64,000 nucleotides of DNA from a virus, in IMG/VR virus record IMGVR_UViG_3300023179_008905, positions 1 to 64,000 of that record. One strand, written 5' to 3'. Shown in pieces: positions 1 to 10,139 of this stretch. Each line of letters begins with the position of its first letter. Position 1 is the stretch's first letter. A program made the translations under genes and the position numbers. Under the pieces are notes generated by a model. That model saw only the letters and a list, made by a program, of their open reading frames with translations. It searched no databases and had not been told where the DNA came from.

Positions 1-366
1 CCTGGAGTTAAATTTATTAAAGAGTGGATGCCGATATTTGTAGAGCTACCTGATGAAATAACTGTTGAAAAGGGTGATCTTTATGATTCGCCTGAATTAA
101 GAAATGAAGTTATTGAAGCGATAACCCGTGCGTTTGATGCTAACATGGCAAAAGATAAAGAGCTTGTAAATGATTTTATAGACTCATTAAAATATAAAAA
201 CAGCTATTCGCACTCGAGTGAGAAAAAAGAAGGTGAAGGTACAGGTGAAGAGCCTAACATTGAAGAATATCCTGAAGACGATGATGTAACAGGGGAGCTA
301 AGATCTATGGGTGCAATTGGCGGCCGTCGTGGTTATGACGCGGGTGGTTTTAGTTACGGGGACTAA
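1..366 (+). CDS. Hypothetical acidic protein, probably 5'-truncated
   Basis: Frame is open from base 1 (cct gga gtt...) into the ORF called at 28; E/D-rich, no motif recognised. Confidence 0.55.
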   Translation, partial: PGVKFIKEWMPIFVELPDEITVEKGDLYDSPELRNEVIEAITRAFDANMAKDKELVNDFIDSLKYKNSYSHSSEKKEGEGTGEEPNIEEYPEDDDVTGELRSMGAIGGRRGYDAGGFSYGD

Positions 367-1099
367 TCTCTTTACACTTAAACTTTTCCCAAGGTATTGA
401 AATTTTATACTTTAAAGGGTCTATAACCCTCGAATCTATAAAGCCTTTTATTCTCAAAGAGCACGCAGTACATTCACCGCATGCTTGCTCTTCTCCCTCA
501 TAACAAGTCCAGGTTTGACTAAAATTAACCCCGAGCTTTATACCGAGTTTTACAATCTCTTCTTTAGATTTATCAATTAAAGGGGCTTGAACTACAATTC
601 TATTTCTTCTGTTAAGAGCGGATACTTTATTGATTTGTTCGAGAAATTCTTCACTACCATCCCAAAACCCAGCAACGCTATCGGCTTGGGCAGCTCCATG
701 AAAAACTGTGCTAGCACCGTAGTTTTCTGCTATAGCAAGTGAGATACTGAGTAACATTAAGTTTCTATACGGAACATAGTTAACTGTCTGCGGATCCCCC
801 ATTACATCCTTTGCCTTAGCAACTGCAATTTTGTTATTTAGAAGTGAAGAGACCTGACATATATCTCTAAAAAACGGTAATTTTATGTGTAAACTATCGA
901 CCGGCATATCAAGCGTTTCAATCTGAAATGAAGCGCAGTTTACTTCTTTATCACGGTGCTTTTGACCGTAGTCGTAGTTAACCGTAATTATTTTATCATA
1001 CCTACTAGCGGCTAAATGTAGTAGGACGGTACTGTCCATTCCCCCAGAAATGGGGACTACAGCTTTACTCGTGAGGCTCTTCTTCGCCTTGCACTTCAT
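350..1099 (-). CDS. queC: 7-cyano-7-deazaguanine synthase
   Basis: SGGMDS PP-loop, YGQKH, VPYRN, and Zn motif TWTCY...CGECTAC; exact start uncertain. Confidence 0.95.
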   Translation of the reverse strand: MKCKAKKSLTSKAVVPISGGMDSTVLLHLAASRYDKIITVNYDYGQKHRDKEVNCASFQIETLDMPVDSLHIKLPFFRDICQVSSLLNNKIAVAKAKDVMGDPQTVNYVPYRNLMLLSISLAIAENYGASTVFHGAAQADSVAGFWDGSEEFLEQINKVSALNRRNRIVVQAPLIDKSKEEIVKLGIKLGVNFSQTWTCYEGEEQACGECTACSLRIKGFIDSRVIDPLKYKISIPWEKFKCKEISPRN

Positions 1100-2183
1100 T
1101 TGCGTTGTATTTGTATTCCTCTGCTAAGCGCTTGTCGAGTTCCGGAATAATAAACTCCTCGTAGAAAGCGGGGTCTTTAGCAAAAGTCTTTGCATAGCCC
1201 AGTTTATCGCCCTGTTTATACTTTCCACTAGTAACACCAACTGTATATGTTGCGCCGTTTTGTTCAACGATACCTCTCACTGCAGCCATACCAAGCAATC
1301 CACTATACTTGTTAAGCCCGGTCTTAAAAGAAAGATACATTTCTGTCTCTAGAAACGGTGGAAGAAAGCGATTTTTTACAGTTAATGCGCGAAGTGTTGT
1401 GCCGCTATACTTATTAGCTTCTGCAAGCTTCTTATCTTCTGCATCCATAGAATCACCCTCGCCTTCCTTTTCATGCCGCTTAGCAAGCTGTACTAAAATA
1501 CTCGCCATATATACAGGGCCTGAGCCTCCAGCTTGATTCTTAACTAAGCTGGGAAACATTGCAGCCGGGTCATCATAAGTATGGTTTGTAAACAATATTG
1601 TAACACCAGCCTTAGCTGCTTTAAAAGTTAGAGTACGGAACATACTCTTTAAAGACTTTGCACGAAGTCCCATATCAGATGCAGACTTGTCCTTAGCTAC
1701 ATCGTCTAACTCTTTCTGTGAAGCAAGATTACCTAAACTGTCAATACTAATAATAAACTTACCCTTAGCATTATTCTCAATAATACTATCAAGTAACGCG
1801 CTGATTTGATTACGACACTGATCAATCGTATCAACAGGAACATATTTAACATTTTCAGGATCCAAGCCTACACCCTTTGTACTGTTTTCGTCAATAGCAA
1901 TTTCTGTATCAAATATAACTGGAGTAATGCCTTTCTTTTGTGCAGTAGCAAGAATCTTATTAACAATAAACGTCTTACCGGTTTGACTAGGGCCAGAAAA
2001 GCCTGTTATTCTCCCCTTAGGAACGCCACCACCGCGGCAACTCCCGCCGAGTATAGCGTTAAGAGCATAACATCCTGTATCAAACCACTCATCAACTTTA
2101 CTAAGTGCATTTTCGTTTAAAAAAGAAGCTTCACTGTTTAATTTGTCTAACGACGCGAATATTTTATTAAGGTCTTTACTCAT
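1065..2183 (-). CDS. uvsX: RecA-like recombinase (UvsX)
   Basis: Walker A GPSQTGKT, FDTE, IDSLGNL, TNHTY, KNRF; T4-like synteny with gp43. Confidence 0.93.
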   Translation of the reverse strand: MSKDLNKIFASLDKLNSEASFLNENALSKVDEWFDTGCYALNAILGGSCRGGGVPKGRITGFSGPSQTGKTFIVNKILATAQKKGITPVIFDTEIAIDENSTKGVGLDPENVKYVPVDTIDQCRNQISALLDSIIENNAKGKFIISIDSLGNLASQKELDDVAKDKSASDMGLRAKSLKSMFRTLTFKAAKAGVTILFTNHTYDDPAAMFPSLVKNQAGGSGPVYMASILVQLAKRHEKEGEGDSMDAEDKKLAEANKYSGTTLRALTVKNRFLPPFLETEMYLSFKTGLNKYSGLLGMAAVRGIVEQNGATYTVGVTSGKYKQGDKLGYAKTFAKDPAFYEEFIIPELDKRLAEEYKYNANEVQGEEEPHE

Positions 2184-2189
2184 ACCTCT

Positions 2190-2217
2190 AGTATAAAGGA
2201 TATAAAAATAAAAACAA
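2190..2217 (-). promoter_or_regulatory. Sigma70-like promoter TTGTTT-16-TATACT, 6 nt before uvsX ATG
   Basis: Read directly from the reverse complement. Confidence 0.6.
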
Positions 2218-2225
2218 GTAAAAAA

Positions 2226-2585
2226 TTACTCGTCAAACAACTTAATTACTTTTTCGCCCTGAGGAGGTGTAATAATGCCTGAGGGAGCAGAAAATAGCTT
2301 CTTATATTGATCAACTAGTCTAGAATCATTATCAATATCAATACCTAGTACGACATTGGCAAGATTAAACTTCCATACTGTTCCTTCATTCTTACTCTTA
2401 TCCCCGACAAATTCACGGAAATAAAGTGGAATAGTCTGTACATTAAGTTGACCCTGTTGTGTAGGCTGTACATGAATAATAGCAGGGTTCTTAACAGTGA
2501 GTGTTGTCTTATCCTGGCTAACTTGCTCGGCTAAAATTGTTCTACCAATATGGTCTATAAAAGTTACTAATGTTTGTTCGCTCAT
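2226..2585 (-). CDS. Hypothetical protein (possible Sm-like beta fold) between gp43 and uvsX
   Basis: Clean ORF with TATAAT just upstream; C-terminal SGIITP tail. Confidence 0.7.
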   Translation of the reverse strand: MSEQTLVTFIDHIGRTILAEQVSQDKTTLTVKNPAIIHVQPTQQGQLNVQTIPLYFREFVGDKSKNEGTVWKFNLANVVLGIDIDNDSRLVDQYKKLFSAPSGIITPPQGEKVIKLFDE

Positions 2586-2615
2586 GTAGTTATATTATAA
2601 TATCTTACTATTAAA

Positions 2616-5204
2616 TCAACTGTCTTTTAATAAATCGAACAAATCTGTTTGTACTTGACTACCAGGTGATTGCAGCTTCCAATTTACTGCCTGATAGAAC
2701 CTTTCTATTACTGAAAAAATAATCTTTTCAAACATCAATTCGTAATCAACTTCAAAAAATTCTGCAAATTCTTTAGGAAAATTATATTTGTATCCTATTG
2801 TCGAAATACCAAAGCGGTTGGGCTGTTTAGTATAAAAATATCTTACTTTGTCACCAGAAGATATTTTTTCATACTTTTTACCGGTGTTAAACCGATCAAG
2901 TAATATATTATAAAAATAAGCTGCTTTAACATGAATTGGCATATGCTTAGCAGTTTTAAAGTTATCACACATTGCAGCATATTTTTCGTACCCCTTAATA
3001 CCCATTACAAAGGCTACATCCTCAATAGGCAATTTCTTAAAAATATCATATGTTTCATTAAAAATCTTATTAGTTTGCGAAAAGTCTTTAGTAAGCAGCA
3101 TTGTCTCAATTATCTTCTTAACATAAGGTTTAATTGGAGTAGGCATTGTTGTTCTTACAACTTCAACTCCTGTGTATTTAAACTTATTGCAAGGAATACC
3201 CTCTTCGTCTAGTACATGTAATACGTATCTTTTCTTCTGCAAGAACAGTCCAACATCTGCTATAGCTTCTCTCTTAAAATTTAATCTACAATCTTGTGAC
3301 CCTAGAGCTTGTTGCCCCCATTTAATAATATTTTTATTAAGATAATCTTCTATATCTTGTACCTGTTTGTAGTATTCAGGAGTAATCTTACCTCTCTCTG
3401 TAAGCATTTTTAATCCTGTTTTTCTAACAATATGCTTAATGGAAACATAAGAGCTATCTGTATCGTTATAGATAATAGGAGTATCGTTAGATATCTCTTC
3501 ATCTGTAAGGTTAGCCTTAGATTTAATATATTCTTCTAATAAGCGGTTTGATTCCTTAATAACAGCTTGGCCGGTGAGTGTGATCGATTCTGCAAGTTCA
3601 TCATCGCCTAGAGGACTGTGTTTATTTCCAAAATAACCATAGATTGTATTAATTAAAATCTTAATTGTATGTTGTAGGATGTTAAGATTTTCGCTTTGTA
3701 ACTTAAGGTTTTTATATTCTTCTGTTTTCTTATCTACGTCAACTAATTTCTTTTTCAAAAGTTTTAATTGTCTTTTTATTTCTACTCTCTTCTTGTAATA
3801 GTGATCTACTGTGAGCGGTATAATGCCTTTTTCTTTCTGTGTAAAAAGCACTTTTGCCTTAGAAATAGCTATTTTTTCTTTTTTAACAAATTCTACAAAG
3901 TGCGCAGGAGATAATTTAAATGTTTGTCCGTTGACGTGATTGATTGTAATTTCTTTATCTGTTTTTTCTGTAATTACGCCAACTTTAGTTTCAGGCGATA
4001 AATTGAGAGTTATCATAACGTTTGGATACAGGCTGTTAGCATCAAACGAAACAACGTTTTCTTGAAAACCTTGACGAGGCTCACCTACATAAGCACCGGC
4101 ATTTTGTTCGTTATTAAATACTTCTTTATTAAAAGTCGGTATTCGTTGATTACGCATACGCGCACGAATAGCGCATAATCCTGTTATAACAGATAGCGAT
4201 CCTAATGCCCCTTCAAACGTTGTTAATCCCGCATATGCAATCATTCTTAAAAGCTTTAAGTATTGAAGCTTTTCTTCCAATCTTACAAGTAAATTAACGT
4301 CTTGAATGTTATAGTCGACAAACAATTCCCAATTTTCATCAGCAAGACTTGTTAAATTAGTATCGCCATAATCAATTTTATTCTCACCCAATTCTATTTC
4401 ACCGATAGCATCTAGTTTGTAGGATTCACGTAATACTGGGCAAAATCTTTTATAAATGTCAAGATAATCGACGCATGAAACACCTTCAATATGCCAATGA
4501 ACTTGATCTCTGCCGAACTTCCCTTTAAAAGAAATAGGTCTAATATAACCAACGGGTGAAAGCTTTTTAGTTTCATCTTCACCTAGAATACGAGTCATTC
4601 TATTGATAATATACGGTACGTCAAAGAACTCGCTATTCCACCCCGAAAGTATATCTGGGTAGTCAGAAATAAAATAATGCAAGAATTTCGATAGTAAGTC
4701 CTTTTCTGTTTTACAATAGATATAGGTAGTATTGTCTTTCTTTTTATCATATGATTTTAACCCCCAAGTTATAAATTTACCTCTTAATGTATCGTAAACT
4801 GTAATAATATTAATAGGGTGGTTAGGGTTATCTGGAACTGGAAATTCATCAGGACTATATGTCTCGATATCAATAAACAATACTCTAATAGGAAGAGATG
4901 AGAATTCATCTTTCTCATTATCTTGCCAAAAACTATCAATTAAAAATTGTTGTTGTATGTTTAAATTCTCAAATACTCTAGTTATTTTATTTTCTCTTAA
5001 ATAATGGGCTCTCTCAGCTTGATTGCGAAATTTCTTTTTCTTTAAGCGAGTATTAAATATACTAGTTGTATCTGGATGGTTATTTGTCTCTAAGAAGATA
5101 TAAGGCTCAAAAGTTGTATCTAAAGCGACGCGCTTGCCGTCTTTATCCCAGGTAAAGAGGCGCATTAATTGGCTTTTCGGTAAATAGGCTACATTTCTAT
5201 ACAC
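2616..5204 (-). CDS. gp43: Family B DNA polymerase (gp43)
   Basis: Exonuclease DIET and GWNSEFFD; polymerase SFDANSLYP, KILINTIYG, YNDTDS; likely start is GTG at 5204, not 5270. Confidence 0.97.
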   Translation of the reverse strand: MYRNVAYLPKSQLMRLFTWDKDGKRVALDTTFEPYIFLETNNHPDTTSIFNTRLKKKKFRNQAERAHYLRENKITRVFENLNIQQQFLIDSFWQDNEKDEFSSLPIRVLFIDIETYSPDEFPVPDNPNHPINIITVYDTLRGKFITWGLKSYDKKKDNTTYIYCKTEKDLLSKFLHYFISDYPDILSGWNSEFFDVPYIINRMTRILGEDETKKLSPVGYIRPISFKGKFGRDQVHWHIEGVSCVDYLDIYKRFCPVLRESYKLDAIGEIELGENKIDYGDTNLTSLADENWELFVDYNIQDVNLLVRLEEKLQYLKLLRMIAYAGLTTFEGALGSLSVITGLCAIRARMRNQRIPTFNKEVFNNEQNAGAYVGEPRQGFQENVVSFDANSLYPNVMITLNLSPETKVGVITEKTDKEITINHVNGQTFKLSPAHFVEFVKKEKIAISKAKVLFTQKEKGIIPLTVDHYYKKRVEIKRQLKLLKKKLVDVDKKTEEYKNLKLQSENLNILQHTIKILINTIYGYFGNKHSPLGDDELAESITLTGQAVIKESNRLLEEYIKSKANLTDEEISNDTPIIYNDTDSSYVSIKHIVRKTGLKMLTERGKITPEYYKQVQDIEDYLNKNIIKWGQQALGSQDCRLNFKREAIADVGLFLQKKRYVLHVLDEEGIPCNKFKYTGVEVVRTTMPTPIKPYVKKIIETMLLTKDFSQTNKIFNETYDIFKKLPIEDVAFVMGIKGYEKYAAMCDNFKTAKHMPIHVKAAYFYNILLDRFNTGKKYEKISSGDKVRYFYTKQPNRFGISTIGYKYNFPKEFAEFFEVDYELMFEKIIFSVIERFYQAVNWKLQSPGSQVQTDLFDLLKDS

Positions 5205-5210
5205 AATATT

Positions 5211-5238
5211 ATTATAAATGCTTAAACCGAAAGTACAA
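5211..5238 (-). promoter_or_regulatory. Sigma70-like promoter TTGTAC-16-TATAAT, 6 nt before gp43 GTG
   Basis: Read directly from the reverse complement. Confidence 0.65.
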
Positions 5239-5418
5239 TTAGAAATGTAAAACGATCTTAAACAAAACAATAGCAGAGCTTATAGCTGCTATAAGACTAG
5301 TAAACGTTCTTAGTAGCTCTAATTTATGATTGTGCTTATCTACCCAGATCTCAACATGATCGCGAAGGCGTCCTTCTTTCTCTAATTTTTTTATTTCTTT
5401 TTTAGAGAGCTTTCTCAT
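5239..5418 (-). CDS. 59-aa small membrane protein (not in ORF track)
   Basis: MRKLSKKEIKK...LIAAISSAIVLFKIVLHF*; ATGA overlap with the upstream glycosyltransferase stop; C-terminal hydrophobic helix. Confidence 0.6.
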   Translation of the reverse strand: MRKLSKKEIKKLEKEGRLRDHVEIWVDKHNHKLELLRTFTSLIAAISSAIVLFKIVLHF

Positions 5419-6638
5419 GCAATAATTCCGTTTAAGGCATTCAAGAGCTTCCTATCCTTGTGTGCATATGGTAGCGTATAGAGTTCTTGATACGCGCCAA
5501 TATTAGAGTCATTTTCTAACCATCTGCTTTCCGCTACTTTTCTAAACTTTGCACACATATTCATATATTTACCCTTCTTGTCTAATGTCTCTTCTATACA
5601 CGCTAACATTTCTTCACCTGTTTTAAATTTAATTGGTGCATTAGAATAGGTAACTAAATCTTGACAAGCGATTGGCAGACCAAAGCAACATGCTTCTATA
5701 TATTTTAAGTCGCTTTTAGCTTTGTTAAAAGTATTATCTTGTAACGGGGCAACCATCATATTAATCTGTAAGTTAGAAATCTTTTCTGGGTAAGAATAAA
5801 GATGCTGCCAAGGATGAAACTCTAGATCACCGTTTTGTACATAGGGATGTAATGGTAGAGGAAACGCTCCTAAAAATACCCAGCGATACTTTTGACGAGT
5901 CTTAACGATAGCCTCAATTACGTGCTCGAAATCATCTTTCTGACCAACACGGTTTTCAACATCAAAATGCGCACCAGATCCTGCATAAAGAATGCGCGGT
6001 CTTGCTCTATGCGTATCATAATTTTCTGAAATACGTCTCTCGTTATAAAAATTACCAATCCACCACTTTGGAGGAAAATTAGGGATAACTGTTATATTTT
6101 TATTCTTAATCTTGCTAGAATAGTAATCCTTCATAAAGTCACAGGTAACTGTGATTTCATCGCAAGTCTCCATAATTTTTTGTGCGGTGTTTCTAATTTC
6201 TGGATCAGCAAAAGCAGGCTTAAATTTATTATACTCAGGAATATCTTCTATAAAAACCAAATCATCAACTTCATAAATTAGTTTAAACCCGATCTTTTGG
6301 CTTAGTTCCTTTAAAAATTCTATAAATTTTAATTGATGTGGTGTTGCTTGGCGCTGTACGCGTACTGTCTTCACCCCGCGAAAATAGTTAGGATCAAAAC
6401 ACATTACAGTACTGCCGTGAATAACTAGCTTTTGATGGGCATTAAGAAAATGTTCAGGCCAAATCATTCTCCAGAATCCACAGCCACTATAATCTGCATA
6501 ATAATTTAAGCATCTCTGTAAGTCTAATTCAGGTGGTCGGGGAGAAGTATTTGCTGCGGGAAGTTGAGCTGTAGGAAAAGGCGATGCAAAAGGAGAGACA
6601 AAAGGTGAAGGCGATACAAAGGGAGAAGGGGTAAACAT
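5415..6638 (-). CDS. Glycosyltransferase (GT-B-like) with Ser-Pro-Phe repeat N-terminus
   Basis: GCGFWRMIWP, YEVDD, APLQDNTFNKAKSDLKYIEA (GT4-like acceptor/donor motifs). Confidence 0.75.
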   Translation of the reverse strand: MFTPSPFVSPSPFVSPFASPFPTAQLPAANTSPRPPELDLQRCLNYYADYSGCGFWRMIWPEHFLNAHQKLVIHGSTVMCFDPNYFRGVKTVRVQRQATPHQLKFIEFLKELSQKIGFKLIYEVDDLVFIEDIPEYNKFKPAFADPEIRNTAQKIMETCDEITVTCDFMKDYYSSKIKNKNITVIPNFPPKWWIGNFYNERRISENYDTHRARPRILYAGSGAHFDVENRVGQKDDFEHVIEAIVKTRQKYRWVFLGAFPLPLHPYVQNGDLEFHPWQHLYSYPEKISNLQINMMVAPLQDNTFNKAKSDLKYIEACCFGLPIACQDLVTYSNAPIKFKTGEEMLACIEETLDKKGKYMNMCAKFRKVAESRWLENDSNIGAYQELYTLPYAHKDRKLLNALNGIIA

Positions 6639-6646
6639 AATATATA

Positions 6647-8458
6647 TTAACTACTATATTCTTTATAATCAACTCTACGAGTTATACCGTTTGTCTTCTC
6701 TAAGAATATAATATCGCCGGTGGCAGCTTTAATACTTTCCTTTCTATGACTAATAACCATTATACTTTCATTATATTTTTCTACTCGTTCCTTAAGAATA
6801 TTAATAACTAAGTCTACTCCTTTTTCATCTAAGCTTGAATCAAAAAGCTCATCATAGATGCTAAAATTAAAGGATACATCACCCTGAAGTCTTCGAATAT
6901 CCATAAATGTAAATAAACAAGCTAAATCTATATTTTTACGCTCTGCTCCGCTAAAATTAAAGTAAGAGCATTGTTTGCCTTTATTATCAAATATTTCTTC
7001 TTCAAAGTATTCATTAAAAGTACATGTACAATTTGCATCCATTTTTTTAAGATAATATGATAGCTTACTGTTGAACAGCTGTAGTATCTTTTTGACAATA
7101 TAAGATTTTACACCTTCTTCAGACACCACAAACTTAACTATATCTAAAACATTCAATGATTCTTTAATAGTTTCTATTTGATCTCTTGTTTCTATTAATC
7201 TCTTATTTTGTTCCTCTATAAGAGTATCAAATGTATTCGAATCCGTTTCTATATCTATTAAATCCTGCTCTAATTCTTTTTGCCATAACTGTAGCTGAGA
7301 TAAGCGATCTTCAAGATTTTTCTTTTGTGTAACTTTTGTTTTGTAGGAAGATATTTCGTCTCGTAGTTTTTGTATTTTAAGATCTAGTTTGTTTTGCGCA
7401 CCTACAAACTGTTTTTCTTCTTCTTTTAATTTAACAATTTTTTCTTCGTGGTCTTCAATTTCTTGATTAAGCTTTTTTTTCTCACTTTTAATATGATTGC
7501 GATCAACATCCTGTATTGATCTTAAGCATGTAGGGCAAACTTCTTTATCTGTACCCACTGATTGAATTTTTTTATTGATTTGAGAAATAAGAGTAGTGCT
7601 CTCTGAGATAGAATGTCTAATATCCTGTATTTTTTTATCAGCTTTATTGTAATTTGACTCCTGTGCTTGTATTTCATCTCTTATTTTTTGAATATCCGGT
7701 AAAGCAAAGCTTTCAAGCTGTTTATTGATATCTGCTATCTCTTTTTCATTATTAACTTGGCGTGTTTCATACTTCTCTTTTTTCTTCTTCCTCTCTAAAG
7801 CAGAATTCTCTTTTTGCTTATTGTATGTTAAAATTGTTTTTTGTATTTCATCGTGCTTTGCAACTTCTATATCAAATGTCTTCTTTTTATCATTAACATC
7901 TGTTTTAAGAATATTAAGCATATCGCCAAAAATACCAAGATTAAAAATGTCTTCAATAAACTTTCTTTTTTCTTGTTTTTTCTTTGCCATAAACGGTATT
8001 GTATTGTTTATGGTCATAATTACACAGTTTTGAAATATCTCTGGTGTGCAGTTAAACTTTGACATTATAAATTCACTAGTATTAGAAATGCTGTCTCGGG
8101 TCTTATCTTCACCGTTCACAAAAACAAAACACTTAGACGGCTCTATTGTTCTTATAATTTGTATGTTTTCTGTTTGATCTAAATTCTTAATAGTTACATC
8201 TAAGCTAACTTCACAATTCTTTCTATTTACATTATTAATAATGTTTTCTTTTTTAAGATCTCTTAATGTTTCACCAAATACAGCAAAATAAACTGCATCT
8301 GCGATAGTAGATTTACCAACACCGTTTCTTCTATCTTCTTTATCTTTATTAATGCCTGTAATAATATGAAGACCACGATTAAATTCTACAGCTACAGGTG
8401 TATTACCAACTGACAAGAAATTTTTAATACTAATTTTATTAAAAATAATATTTCTCAT
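6647..8458 (-). CDS. gp46: Recombination nuclease ATPase subunit (gp46, SbcC/Rad50-like)
   Basis: KNFLSVG, NGVGKS, CPTC hook in coiled coil, FSGAE signature, YDE, SH. Confidence 0.95.
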   Translation of the reverse strand: MRNIIFNKISIKNFLSVGNTPVAVEFNRGLHIITGINKDKEDRRNGVGKSTIADAVYFAVFGETLRDLKKENIINNVNRKNCEVSLDVTIKNLDQTENIQIIRTIEPSKCFVFVNGEDKTRDSISNTSEFIMSKFNCTPEIFQNCVIMTINNTIPFMAKKKQEKRKFIEDIFNLGIFGDMLNILKTDVNDKKKTFDIEVAKHDEIQKTILTYNKQKENSALERKKKKEKYETRQVNNEKEIADINKQLESFALPDIQKIRDEIQAQESNYNKADKKIQDIRHSISESTTLISQINKKIQSVGTDKEVCPTCLRSIQDVDRNHIKSEKKKLNQEIEDHEEKIVKLKEEEKQFVGAQNKLDLKIQKLRDEISSYKTKVTQKKNLEDRLSQLQLWQKELEQDLIDIETDSNTFDTLIEEQNKRLIETRDQIETIKESLNVLDIVKFVVSEEGVKSYIVKKILQLFNSKLSYYLKKMDANCTCTFNEYFEEEIFDNKGKQCSYFNFSGAERKNIDLACLFTFMDIRRLQGDVSFNFSIYDELFDSSLDEKGVDLVINILKERVEKYNESIMVISHRKESIKAATGDIIFLEKTNGITRRVDYKEYSS

Positions 8459-9528
8459 GTACTATGCGCCCTTTTGTAAAGATCTAAGCAATAGTGTGAT
8501 ACTTCACTCTTTTTATCCACATCTAGTAAAGAAACAAACTCTTCAATAGCTTTGCCCATATCAACACCTGAGAGATCATATGGTTGCTCCTCATTTACTG
8601 TTATGCTGTCGCTATAGAGAGAATAATCCACAGACAGATTAAAGGGCTTATAAGCAGATATCTTTTGAATTAATATATCGATGTTATCACTTGTCACTTT
8701 CTTATCTATAACTAGCTTAATAATATTATTAGAAACTGTATCCTTTACTTCTGTAGCACTTAAAGATTTAAGAGTAGCAATATCTGTGATAGAAAGCTTT
8801 TTATGCTTAGGCGACAAGCTATTTTCAAAAAACGAATACGATAAATCTGTAAAATCTAAAATGTAGTAGCCTTTAGTTGAGCCGGTGTCACCAAAATCCA
8901 TTTCAAAAGGATTACCTACATATAGGATTGTTTTATTGTCATATTTTCTTTCATCACGCAAATGAAAATGACCGGTCATAATTAAGTTTGCTTTAGAGAG
9001 AAGATCTTTTGATTTAATACCATGATCACAAGACTTGTGACTATTCATTTTAAAAGTTTCAATTTCTAAATGACCAAAAATAACATCACTTTGCGGTATG
9101 TTTTCTAGAGTAGCTCCCCATGGTAAAAACGAACACTCCTTACCAAGAATAGTAAAGGTACTGGGCTCGCTGATAATGTGTATATTTTTCCAACCATTTA
9201 GAATAGAAAGAGAATTAATATCGGCCCTATCTTTGTAAAATGCGTCATGATTACCGACTAAAATAACAATATTAAACTCTTCCCATATGTTTAAGATTTG
9301 ATTAACAACATGTATAGTGTTAACTGCAATTTCATCGCGATAGTGATAAAGATCTCCTAATATAAAAATATCCCTTATACTTTTTTGTTGTAATTCTTTT
9401 TTAAGCCATTCAGCCCATTTAAGAGCTGTTTCATGCCAAAAAATACTATTTTGATGAACGCCAATATGAAGATCGGCGATACAGCAAACTTTATTGGATC
9501 TAATTGTGAGTTCTTTTATATGTTTCAC
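8455..9528 (-). CDS. gp47: Recombination nuclease subunit (gp47, SbcD/Mre11-like)
   Basis: DLHIG, LGD, GNHD, GHFH metallophosphoesterase motifs. Confidence 0.95.
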   Translation of the reverse strand: MKHIKELTIRSNKVCCIADLHIGVHQNSIFWHETALKWAEWLKKELQQKSIRDIFILGDLYHYRDEIAVNTIHVVNQILNIWEEFNIVILVGNHDAFYKDRADINSLSILNGWKNIHIISEPSTFTILGKECSFLPWGATLENIPQSDVIFGHLEIETFKMNSHKSCDHGIKSKDLLSKANLIMTGHFHLRDERKYDNKTILYVGNPFEMDFGDTGSTKGYYILDFTDLSYSFFENSLSPKHKKLSITDIATLKSLSATEVKDTVSNNIIKLVIDKKVTSDNIDILIQKISAYKPFNLSVDYSLYSDSITVNEEQPYDLSGVDMGKAIEEFVSLLDVDKKSEVSHYCLDLYKRAHST

Positions 9529-10139
9529 TCTGTTCTATTATAATTGTCGTCAGTCGGCTCAACGTAAATATGAGCACTCCCACCTTCATCGGAACTAAGC
9601 ATCAAATCAGTATAAACCTTATCGCGGTATTCATTTAAAACAGCATGATGTTTATTTTCCTTTTTAATTCTGTTAATAAATGCATGAAATGCAATGGTCG
9701 TAAAATAAGAAAACGGACTAAATCCTGTGTTTAATTTAAACTTCTTATTTCTTAAAGCAGAGAACATCTTTACTATAGCATCGCCTATCATATCATCTTT
9801 GTAGGAGTAATTGATAAAATTAGGTGCATAAGATAGTCCATGTGCAATTTTTGTTAAACTTTCTCCAAGCTTTTCTGTAATATTACCAGATTTATAATAC
9901 TTTCTAATCTCATCTTCAAATTCTTTACTATTTACATAATGAACCTTATCTTTTGGCTTTACTTTTTTTCCGTCTGGGGTAACTTCAGGTGTTGCTATAT
10001 TTGTGGTAAGTATCTTCTTAAGCTCCGGGTCGCTTTGAATACTCTCCGTATCTTCAGATAATTCTTCTACTTTCTGATTTTTCTTTTTTTCAGATTTCGG
10101 CAATTTTTTTGATGGTATATTTGATTTTTTCTTTCTCAT
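9525..10139 (-). CDS. gp55: Late-transcription sigma factor (gp55)
   Basis: HYVN..EF, NFINYSYKDDMIGD, PFSYFTTIAFHAFINRIKKE; adjacent to gp47. Confidence 0.9.
   Translation of the reverse strand: MRKKKSNIPSKKLPKSEKKKNQKVEELSEDTESIQSDPELKKILTTNIATPEVTPDGKKVKPKDKVHYVNSKEFEDEIRKYYKSGNITEKLGESLTKIAHGLSYAPNFINYSYKDDMIGDAIVKMFSALRNKKFKLNTGFSPFSYFTTIAFHAFINRIKKENKHHAVLNEYRDKVYTDLMLSSDEGGSAHIYVEPTDDNYNRTE

Noticed and set aside
2616-5204. Intein or intron in gp43 (also checked nrdB and uvsX)
   Set aside because: Lengths and motif spacing are normal; no splicing motifs seen
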